In this document: positions 1-9,387 of the stretch, in pieces
Position numbering within the stretch: position 1 is the first letter of the stretch
How the letters are laid out: each line of letters begins with the position of its first letter
Source of the DNA: Octopus sinensis
Lineage: Eukaryota
Direction of reading: 5' to 3'
Assembly (NCBI RefSeq): GCF_006345805.1
Contig: NW_021832430.1
Location: forward strand, 434,001 to 467,000
Length of the DNA: 33,000 nt
Position numbers and translations under genes: made by a program
The notes under the pieces: model-generated
What the model saw: only the letters and a program-made list of their open reading frames with translations
Told to the model about the DNA's origin: nothing
The model's database searches: none

Positions 1-339
1 TTTACCTGTGGAAAGCTGCAAGTCTGATTTTTCGCTACACAAGGAGCTGGTCTGTTGTGTAAATGTAATCAAATAATTACCGATTTTAAATTAAACTGAC
101 TTTTGAGATATATTTCAACCGGCGTAGAGTTTCGCCTATTTTGGGCTTGAATTGAATAAATTGGGCTTACAAATCAAAAAACTTTTCGGAATTGTATTAT
201 CAATAGTTGCTAAAAATAATAAATGGCATCAACATTTTGCTCTTTCAACTCGTCGGATGTGATTTACCATGGTACGAGAGACCAATATTTGGTCAATATA
301 TCTACTGGATGGGAAAAGAAAGGCTAATCTATGTATCAT
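1..339 (-). CDS. SPATA7: SPATA7/HSD3-like ciliary protein, 5' part (runs off the left edge; start may be the ATG at 406)
   Basis: Removing GT-AG introns 210-233 (24 nt), 146-170 (25 nt) and 52-80 (29 nt) gives one open frame, MIHRLAFLFPSSRYIDQILVSRTMVNHIRRVERAKSTIDNTIPKSFLISQNRRNSTPVEIYLKSQFNLKSTSSLCSEKSDLQLST, with another donor at position 5. The segment LVxxxMVxHxxxxxxAKsxxDxxxPKS resembles the conserved N-terminal SPATA7 motif from memory; not searched. Confidence 0.5.
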
Positions 340-434
340 AATTTCATTTACTGTTATCCCTGTCGCCTGTACTGTGAAAATTTAAAAGCGAAGAGTTTCT
401 TCTCATCTAATGAGCAATTCGTAAATACAAATAC

Positions 435-448
435 GTTACTATGATAAC
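435..448. promoter_or_regulatory. RFX X-box (GTTACTATGATAAC)
   Basis: Exact fit to the X-box consensus GTHNYY-AT-RRNAAC, 29-96 nt upstream of the candidate SPATA7-like start codons. Confidence 0.55.
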
Positions 449-1153
449 ATAGGTTTCTCGCCAAATTATCACATTTATTAAAATACAATTTAACTAACTT
501 TATTGTACAATTAATATTAAAGTCCGGCTGATAAGAAAAATTTTAATATCAGAAATATAACCAACTTTCATTCAAAACAGTTATAAATTATATCTTTAAA
601 GCAATTATGCCTTCGAATTCAGACAGGTTTTCCAGGCTCTATCAAATAAATAGTATCATCTCTTTTCCAGTTATCCATTCAAATTAACAATGATTATTTA
701 TAAGACTGCACGAAATACGTCATCAAACAATTTTCTCACTATATTGTTGAACAAAACTAGGGAAAACGCCTGGTTACAAAATTCGAGGCTAGATTTAAAT
801 TAGCTAAACCATATCCTCAATAGTGAAATGAATCTTTGGGTTTTTAAAAAATCGTCAAATTTCTAAATAGTTTTTTGGATATCCTGTTAATGCTTCATGA
901 AAGTATCGCGGCATCATAAAATTAAATTTTGAAAATTTTCACAAATCCTCAAACAAATTCACTTGAGCTTCAGGAAACGTCATTAAAGCCTAATATTTTA
1001 ATAGATCCACCTGTTGGTTTTTAAAGTGAAAGTTTTACCTTGAGTTAATACAGCATATGATCGTGACATCATAGGCAGTCTGGTGTGCCAATTACCCATG
1101 CTTAATTTAATCATTGCGTTTTATATAATAGGAATTATACGCTTGTTGTCCTA

Positions 1154-2479
1154 ATGATACTTACTATTGTCTTTCGAAATAAAATATACAACAAATTGGT
1201 GGATAATAATGCCACATTCGCTCACGTCTTGAAAGATTTTTTGATTGAAAATATGAAACTTGTCGAAATGTGCACAAATGATATGGATTCGTATTACTTC
1301 AAATACAAAGGAGGGAAACTTGAAAATAGTTGGAGAGTCAAAGAGATTATTATATTGAACTATAGCAGAGTCACCGTTATGTCTCGACATGAGTCTAACA
1401 CTTCAATATTGATTCAGTGTGATGTGCCAATTCCGAAAATGATCGAATTACATAAACAAGTTGACGAAATCACCGTCGCTCAACTGCGAGAGATCATGAG
1501 TGAAAGGACTGGGATTCCCGTCTGTCTTATATATATCCTCAAAGACAAGAAGACTGTCCTCTTTGATCAGTACAATTTGGTTGAATACGGTATCACTCGA
1601 CAAACACTTCTGGAGATGAAGGTCATCTCTGAATGGGAGGAATTTGTCAAAATGGTCATCGTTAGACAGTGTTCTTGGGTTGAGAAAAATCTTTCTAGCA
1701 ATCCCGTAATATACAATTTCCAAATAAAGGTTTTCATAAAAAATATTTTTCAGGTAGCTCTATATCTTGGCACATGGTATAACCTTGTCGATCTCATCAT
1801 TTTTTGCCTCGAACTCAGAGCCAAGCCTTGTGAATCTATTAGTAGTATTCCTGGGAGAGAATGGTGTATAAGTGAGAGTTTGGTGGACACTTTGACCACT
1901 CCAGCACATCTTGCCGCCAAATTAGGAAACTTGAGAGTTCTCAAACTATTTGTCCGACAAAACATATCATGTCTTCTCTCAAAAAATAAAACAGGGAGGA
2001 GTCTCTACAGTGAAGCTCATTTTGCTAAAAACTACGACTGTTGCGAATTTATATTGCGCAAAATAATTAAAAATTGGCCAATTAGCAGAACAAAAGTCAT
2101 GAAGTGGATCATAATCAAAAAAATACTGAAATGGTATTGCAATGCAAGAAAGAATATTTCTCTCCGAAGAGGAATTGTTAAACTGATTAGTTGCGACACT
2201 CGTTTCCGGGATGTACCGCTACTAACGGGAATTAGAATTGACGGACTAAATTATCCAATCGCTAATAGAAATAATTTAAACAAATCTACAGATCTTTTAA
2301 AAACAAAAAGTCTGAAAACTCGTAATTATATTTCAACTTCCCCGTTTATTTATTTCGACTCCAAAAGTTCGATTGGCAGGGAGCAGTTGGAAATTGTCAG
2401 TAGCTACTCAAAACGCTCATATCTAGATCAGGTAAGGGAGGCTATCAATATTATAAAAAGAAATAATTACTTTATTTGA
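1154..2479 (+). CDS. ANKUB1: Ankyrin repeat and ubiquitin-like domain protein (ANKUB1 orthologue), ~433 aa after splicing
   Basis: Two UBL-like segments (YKGGKLENSW; TVAQLREIMSERTGIP) are followed by ankyrin repeats (TPAHLAAKLGNLRVLKLFV). The order and motifs match human ANKUB1 (WEEFV, VALY, REWC, C-terminal YLDQVREA). An in-frame 24-nt intron at 1730-1753 (gttttc..ttcag) encodes the extra VFIKNIFQ; its removal gives FQIK-VALY, matching YQKR-VALY. Confidence 0.8.
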   Translation: MILTIVFRNKIYNKLVDNNATFAHVLKDFLIENMKLVEMCTNDMDSYYFKYKGGKLENSWRVKEIIILNYSRVTVMSRHESNTSILIQCDVPIPKMIELHKQVDEITVAQLREIMSERTGIPVCLIYILKDKKTVLFDQYNLVEYGITRQTLLEMKVISEWEEFVKMVIVRQCSWVEKNLSSNPVIYNFQIKVFIKNIFQVALYLGTWYNLVDLIIFCLELRAKPCESISSIPGREWCISESLVDTLTTPAHLAAKLGNLRVLKLFVRQNISCLLSKNKTGRSLYSEAHFAKNYDCCEFILRKIIKNWPISRTKVMKWIIIKKILKWYCNARKNISLRRGIVKLISCDTRFRDVPLLTGIRIDGLNYPIANRNNLNKSTDLLKTKSLKTRNYISTSPFIYFDSKSSIGREQLEIVSSYSKRSYLDQVREAINIIKRNNYFI

Positions 2480-2608
2480 ATAATAAACATATTTTCTTGT
2501 GATTTTTTCTTTTTACAAATATTATGGACATGTTAGAGACTAGAAGGGCACTTATAATGATAGTCTCTATAGAAAAATAAATCTCATTCTAAGTAATAAG
2601 TAGTAATT

Positions 2609-2726
2609 CTCTTTCATATCAATTCAAATTCCCTATATCAATCAATTCTTTCTATATAATTCCTTTAATATCAATCTTTCATTTCTCTTTTAATTCCTTC
2701 TCTATAATTCCTTTCATATCATCACG
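2609..2726. repeat. Low-complexity degenerate repeat (aattcctttcatatc-like)
   Basis: Several imperfect copies of ctttcatatc / ataattcct immediately upstream of the PHD-like ORF. Confidence 0.3.
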
Positions 2727-2737
2727 TTTTTAATCCT

Positions 2738-3094
2738 ATGAATCCATCCTATACCCATTCGTCTCCATCATTTCGATGCCTAATTTACTTAACTACTAAC
2801 ACTCGCAAGGCTAAGAAGTACTTCATCTGCCAAAGGAATGTTCACTTGTCTTGTACCGGCTTAACTAAGTCATCGTCTGCGGCTCTTGCAATCTGGAAAT
2901 GCCCGAAGTGTCTCAGTGCTTGCCCCCTGAAGCCCGTATCCGCTCAAAATCCTCCGTCTCCGCCTAGGTCGGCTGTCCGTGACATCCCCTTCGAGGATGT
3001 GCTGTCGAATGTTCCCGGTCTGCGTCGGACACGAAAGACACCCATAAAAATTTCGAAAGCTGCTAGGATTGTTCACGTTGCCTCTTTATTCTGA
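2738..3094 (+). mobile_element. Decayed PHD-finger-like fragment, probably the N-terminus of a CRE-like non-LTR retroelement
   Basis: HLSC..WKCPKC is the second half of a PHD finger (the first Cys pairs are eroded), followed by KISKAAR, resembling the IP(K/R)xAR motif upstream of RT in CRE-like elements. GC content is higher than the flanks and there are no introns. Confidence 0.4.
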
Positions 3095-4099
3095 ATACCA
3101 GGGTTGCAGCGGGTCCATGGTAGTCAAGATGGCAGATAATCCTCAACAGCGTGAGATACGAAAATATTTTGGTGGGTATTTCATTGACGGCCGAATACCA
3201 AATGGGCCCCCTTCTATGAGCTTTTTAAGCTAACAATTTTTCCTGTTTTATATTTTTTAAATTATCTAGGATTTGCATCAACAACATTTGTTTAGTCAAT
3301 ATTCCCGTTTTCCACCCAGCTTAAATTTGGACACTTCTCTGTACTACCCAATTTTTCCTTCTTGTTTTCGACCCATGAAATCATGTTCATCTGCTTCACA
3401 TTACCAACATCCCCGTCCTACTTATTCGTAGTTATGGTAGCTTTTTTTACAAACATGGCAGACTAGACGACAATTCTATTTGCGAATATGGTTTGTTTAC
3501 TTTTGGCCAAGTTGTAGGCCCTGAGGGATGTAATTTGTTTATCTACCAGATTCCATCTGAATATTCGGATTATGAATCGGTAGAATTGTTCTCTTCGTTC
3601 GAACGTGTTGTTTTTTTCAAAAGTGTTTGTGGATAATGATACTTGTCAGAGTCGTTGTTTTGGTTTGTTAGTTGTCTATAATTTAGGCTTTGTAAGTTAT
3701 GTCTTGTGCCAAATTAGCAATTCAAAAAATGTATGGAATCCAAGTTAGAAATAAGTGATTGAAGGTTTTGCTGAAAAGTACGACACACTTCAGAATAAAA
3801 AACAAATAAGATTGTCGTGCAAAGAGTAGTTTTTGTGTAAAAAGGCGTTACTCTTTGTCCATTATTACACTGAGAACAAAATAAACTGACGATTTGTGTT
3901 ATATGGAAGTTTTTAACTTGGATATTATATAATTGTTTACATAATTTATATTAGCTTAGATTACAAAATTATGATACTTTGAGAAAGAAAACGTGGTGCC
4001 AACGATTAAAATAAGTGGAATAGCTCTCATCAAAAGGGATTATCAAGGTCGAAAAAAAGATGAAGTTTTTTTTAAAAAATTACTCGGATTTTTTGAATA

Positions 4100-4420
4100 A
4101 GTGAGATCAATGACATCGCAGTATATGTGGCCGATTTCCCTTCCATGCTCGAACGTGCTGGTGTTGAGCGTGAAAACGGGAAACGCTTTGATGGGATGAC
4201 AATCTATAGATTAAAATGTGAAAAGTCACTTTTATTGAACATAACCTGCGAAGACACCTACACTTATCAACAGTAAATCTGGGATACGCATTTTACAAAG
4301 AAGAAGATACAAAAATAAAGTACTTCTTTCTTAGAGTCTTTTTTTGCCCCGCTGATTTTAAGACTAATAGTGTCAGCGAAAAGCTTTTGGAGATCAAGGC
4401 ACAGATATTAATCAAGACTA
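4100..4420 (+). mobile_element. Highly decayed CRE-like restriction-like endonuclease (RLE) fragment
   Basis: Translates as EINDIAVYVADFPSMLERAGVERENGKRFDGMTIYRLKCEKSLLLNITCEDT, a degenerate form of the GFP..LEP.G..R.DGKRPDG.T..P...GK.L.WD.TC.DT motif. Confidence 0.55.
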
Positions 4421-4519
4421 TCATAGTCGCGAGCACAGCTGATTATTCAAAGTTCTTTTATCCTAATGGGAAATAAATCAATTTTTTTAGTGAAGCAAGT
4501 TGACTAATCATTTCACAGT

Positions 4520-5230
4520 TCTCGTTATCTACGCTCCAACCGGCCTTGGACCAACACCGCCAAGCGTGCTTGCTTGCTGCAGCACACGAGCATAGTGGAT
4601 CCTGGCTCGACGCTTACCAAACGTCATCGACGGGTTCCCTATTAGACAACGAAACACTGCGTATCGGGGTTGCTCTTCGGCTGGGACTTGATGTCTCGAC
4701 TTGAAAGACCTTCACCCCCTCTCTTGCCGCTGGAGCGCAGGCCGCTCGCCTCGCCAGGAAGCAATCAACGACGTAATCTCAAGAGCTCTCAACGCTGCTG
4801 GCTTCCCCAATGTGCTAGAACCCACCGGATTGGACAGAGGGGACGGCAAAAGCCCGGATGGGATAACTACCTTCCCATTCCGGAATGGAAATGGCCTCAT
4901 CTGGGATGCCACGTGTGCAGACACGTGGTCCCCATCCACCCTATTGTCATCTGCTTCTTCTTCCGGCTCGGCCGCTGCTTTGGCGAAAGCCCGCAAAATC
5001 GAAAAGTACAAGAATCTTGCCACTCGGCATCAGGTGCATCCGGTCCGCTCACCTCATGCTTCATGAAAGACCTCGGAATCCTCATTGCTCGGAAGAAAAT
5101 GGATGCTCGCAAGTCCTCTTGGCTGAGGATCTCGCAATCGTGCGCGGCAACGCGCAAGCAATCCGTTCGGCTGGGCTATAACTCCTGCCCCGTCGCGCTC
5201 GCAGATCGAGCTTGGCCGCTCACTTCCTGA
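4520..5230 (+). mobile_element. 5'-truncated CRE-clade non-LTR retrotransposon (RLE domain), frameshifted
   Basis: SGSWLDA..LLDNETLRIGVALRLG, HPLSC..GRSPRQEAINDVISRAL, LEPTGLDRGDGKSPDG, WDATCADT, AIVRGNA; contains deletions and frameshifts. Confidence 0.85.
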
Positions 5231-5313
5231 CGTTGTTATTTTGATTAAACTTTTTACTTAAAAAAATTTCACAGTAATAAAATAGAAAAACGCATCTAAA
5301 AGATGGCCATAAC

Positions 5314-5774
5314 CAGGGTTGTTAAAAATTATGATTTTTTTAAAAATCAAGAAAATCTGATTTTTTGATTTAAACAGGATTTTTTATTTAAATCAGATTT
5401 TTGATTCATAATGTTCAGCACAATAGTCCAAAGCGAGGTCAATCTCTACAGTTGAAAGAGATTTCCCACAACATGCTGGGTCCATTAGATTCGCAAGTAA
5501 GCGGAAAGGGTGTTAATGCTTGATCAGCTCGACTTTTCACTTTTTCTAAAATAGCCATACATTCATAATCTATATAAGTCTGGTTAAGTTCCTTCCAGAT
5601 TTCTACAGCATGACTAATCTTCGTAGAATTATTTTGCATTTGATCTAAAGCGACAGCAATTGGTTTAATCAGGCGCAAATATTCTTCAACACGACGTTTT
5701 AGAAAAATATTTTGGACATTTCTACCAGACATTTAATCCATGATTTTTTTAATGATTTAAATCAAACAACCCTG
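5314..5774 (-). mobile_element. Internally deleted hAT-like DNA transposon (461 bp)
   Basis: Terminal inverted CAGGGTTGTT / AACAACCCTG, subterminal GATTTAAATCA-type repeats, and a transposase fragment at 5439-5732 (LIKPIAVALDQMQ..AVEIWKEL..QALTP). No clean 8-bp TSD. Confidence 0.6.
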
Positions 5775-6209
5775 TCATAAGCAAAGAAAATAGATTTATT
5801 TGAAAATATTATGATAAAAACAAGATCGGAAACAAATTCGGGGGTGAAAGTAAAAAATATAATGTACGAACACAATAACCAGTGTTCATTAATGTCAGCA
5901 TCGAACGCCATCTGAATATTTAAATTCAGATTAAATTAATGCTAATACTTCACAAAGAAAGTATATTCACAAGCATGTTTCAAGAATTTATATCATTATA
6001 TTTTAGCAATATATATAATTAAAAAAATGTAGTTAGATTAGACAAAGAAGAATCATTGATTTTATTTGTCACATTTTTTTCCAGTCTATTCTTTAAGAAA
6101 GCTTTCCACTTGTTCTAGGAAATGTGGACAGAACGTGCGCACGAAAAACCGAAGGAATGTTAATTTTTCATTTTATCTATGTCCAATAGAACTCTAAATT
6201 GTATGTAAT

Positions 6210-6555
6210 TAATGGCTCAAAGCTTTCCCAATTCTAAATACGGGATTTGCTCCTGGAAGAAAAATCTCTCCGTATTGATATTTGTCTACGCCTGGGCTTG
6301 GATATGTCAGCCCCACACCTGCAGGTGAGGGATCACGAGTTCTTCGAACGGTTTGCATGCTCTATGCTGCAAAAAGAGTGCTGGTAGATTTTCTCGGCAC
6401 ACTCATTTAAATGAGATCGTTAAAAGGGCTTTCGAGTCCGCCGGATTTCCTTCACCATTAGAGCCAGTCGGTTTTTGCTAGAGCGTCCGAAGCGTCACGA
6501 CGGAATGACAACCCTTTCATTTAGGGAGGGCAGTTCCTTGATTTAAAATGCGCCT
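6210..6555 (+). mobile_element. Decayed CRE-like RLE fragment (third 3'-end copy)
   Basis: SLRIDICLRLGLD, HALCCKKSAGRFSRHTHLNEIVKRAFESAGFPSPLEPVG, PKRHDGMTT across shifted frames. Confidence 0.75.
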
Positions 6556-6673
6556 TTCCGTCGTAGTTTGTTGTTTTACTTCCAAATAATATAATTTTTA
6601 TTTTTATGTAATTAATTATAATATTATCGTAATAATTAAATTAAGTATTAAATTATTTCATTAACGCTCGATA

Positions 6674-7065
6674 ATGGAAAGTACAGTTAGTGGTGAGGTT
6701 CCATCTACAACTGAACAAGTAATTTATGCGAAATATTATATTTACATAAACATTATATTGTAGAACACATCCAACGACCACGTTACAATCCGAGTTTGTG
6801 ATCAAAACGGTTCTGTTGTCTGTTTTAAAATCAAACGGAATACCCCCTTCAAAAAACTAATGACTGCATACTGTGCTAAAGCAGTATTTGTTCTATGCAC
6901 ATTGATAGGGGCAAGATGGAAAGGAACTCAGGTTTATGTTCGAAGGGGAAACTATACTTGAAGACATGACTCCCGACGAGGTTGACGGTCGAATATATAC
7001 CATAGCTCAATCTCGAGGATAATGACTCTATCGATGTCTTCCAAAAACAGACTGGGGGTTCTTAG
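6674..7065 (+). CDS. SUMO: SUMO (98 aa), 4 exons
   Basis: Exons 6674-6718, 6764-6883, 6909-6980 and 7006-7065, with introns of 45, 25 and 25 nt. Product: MESTVSGEVPSTTEQNTSNDHVTIRVCDQNGSVVCFKIKRNTPFKKLMTAYCAKAGQDGKELRFMFEGETILEDMTPDELNLEDNDSIDVFQKQTGGS, ending in the QTGG maturation motif. Not present in the supplied ORF track. Confidence 0.95.
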
Positions 7066-7154
7066 TTAGTTAATTCACTCCTATTTGTTGTTTGGTCTGT
7101 ATTTGCTATTATCATTAAATTTATTATTAACTAGCCAGTGTTAGTTACTTCGAG

Positions 7155-9115
7155 TTATTCTCCGTCTTCTCGATAAATAATATCACTGCACTTAAGCATG
7201 ACTTTTAATTTCTGGGTATTGAAAATGAATTGAATAACTGCAGTTATGCTGTCATCCTTTAGCATGAAATAATTATAGATTGGAATTGCACAAATTGGTA
7301 TTAACACACTGCAGAATAGGCAGTAGCCAACCCCAATTGCCCATCTAGGGTAGTAGTAGTCTTCGTATTTGAATTGTTTAGACGTTATTACACCCATAAT
7401 GAAGATCACCTACCAAATTGACCAATAAAAGTTTTGACGATAGAGATGAGTGGCATGACTATGATGAAATCATATTTGTAAAAAAATGGTGCAATTGGGA
7501 TGCTCAGAGCTCGCATTTCATTGATCAATCTTTGATATCCTACATGCGTTGCTTTGAAAAGTTGTACCATATATCCAATAGACGGTGACCGCTTCCAAAA
7601 ATCCCAAAAAAGGCAGTACTCTACTTCCTGAAAAACCGTTGAATAACTGGAAAATATACATTCCCCCCTAAGATGGTTTTAAAACATCAACTTCCGTGAC
7701 CATCGTGATGCTAACGGAAAAAACCACAATAAACAAGAGAAGAGTGATGATCTCCTTTCTGTGTTTGACATTAAACCGGCCCTCTATGATATCTTCAATG
7801 CAAAGCACAGTCGATTCCATTATCACAAACTGCTTGACATGCAATATTATACCTGGCTATCAAGCCCAATCAAAATGAGGCTGAAAAAGAAGAGAACCGA
7901 CCAAATGTTCGACCCAGGCAACTCGGCCAATGCACGAGGATATGCGACGAAGGCTAGTCCGGGTCCTTGCATTTATAAAGCTTTGAATGACCTGATGTGG
8001 CAACTGTTTCGATTGGTACGTTCTGGCGTTGGGCCATAAACCCAAGAATTGGAAATATGACAAGTCCTGCCAATATGCTGCAAAACGAGTTAAAAACTGA
8101 GCAACGAACGGCGTCCCTGTTATTTGAAAAATAGATTAAAAATACAAAAAGCAATTGTGAGTCAATTTGTTATGAGTTCCTAAAGCTATTAAGGCCCCGC
8201 ACGTGACAGCGTAGGAATAAAATATTTGACTTCCAGCATCGGCCCAGACCTGATTAAGGAATTTTGTTTATTTTACCTCAAGCCTACCAAGTTTACTCAA
8301 ATTTGGTTTTAAGAAATAGATTACTCCAGCTTTTGCTCCATTCAATGTCAAACTTCTTCCCAGCAGGACAAATAAGAAGACGAATGGACAAATTGCGGTA
8401 AAATACATTACCTATGGTAATTAATTAAATGATATACTTTTCCGGAAACTCTAATTCCCTTAAAAATAATGAAAAAGCAGAGCACGTTTGCGAGTAGCAG
8501 GCATCCAGCAAGTGGCCAATTCATAGACCCGATTGTATTGATTGAAGGACTAAGCTTGATGACATGGTTTCTAAATTATTCCAATTAATTGTTGCCTGAA
8601 ATATTCATTCACCGGGTCTGTATAAGTCGACGCATTTTGTATAACACTACTAAAGTTGGCAACGCATTTTTGAGAGGCCCAGTCAGAATTGCAGTATGTC
8701 CATGGTAGGGGGCTTTGAAAGGAGACAAAAAAGTAATAAAATGCCCAAGCCAGGATGACGATATAGAACATGCAGGAGTATAGATTTGATATTGCACAGG
8801 CTGCTCCTATGCCTCACAAACTTATTCTCTGTGGAATACCTGCCATTAGTGGACTGAAGTTGAAGCATTTTATTGCCGACCTTCTTGTCAGTTGTCCAAT
8901 TAAGGTTTCAGTAAAAACCAATGGAATACCGCAGAACAAAGCCGTCAGAAAATATGGGATCAAGAAGGCTCCTTGAAATTAAGGAAAGAAACACCTCCTC
9001 CGTGACTATAACACAAGTAGGGAAACCGCCAGACATTGCCGAAGCCAATCGACAGCCCTAACGTTGAAATTAAAAAGTCATATCGACACGCCCAAGTAGT
9101 CTTTTCTAACCGCAT
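7155..9115 (-). CDS. SLC6 sodium:neurotransmitter symporter, GABA/taurine/creatine-like subgroup (~557 aa, 12 exons)
   Basis: Motifs [77 protein letters not shown] and GGMYIFQLF. Introns: 8972-8994, 8813-8839, 8571-8595 (GC-AG), 8412-8437, 8250-8276, 8117-8145, 7966-7991, 7830-7852, 7668-7691, 7540-7567, 7410-7438. Spliced length is 1674 nt, in frame. Confidence 0.93.
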
Positions 9116-9387
9116 CGAAATAAATAATAATTAGGGCATTTATAATTAAAAAAATCGCATCTTAAATATTTGTTTGATAATTAAGTCGCCCATTTGAAAA
9201 TCAGAATTCAGGGTTCTATCAGCCGAAATATAGCATAAGAAATTTTTATTTTATTATTATTCAAACATTGATCTAGTATAAAAAACAAATACTCGTATTA
9301 TTATGTCAAAGTCATTATTTTAAGTTATTATTTTCAAAATTCATTTAATTAAGATTATAATTTTTAATAAAATAAAGATAATACTTG

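Noticed and set aside
1145-1160. Second X-box at the ANKUB1 start (gttgtcctaatgatac)
   Set aside because: Only one half-site fits and it overlaps the start codon.
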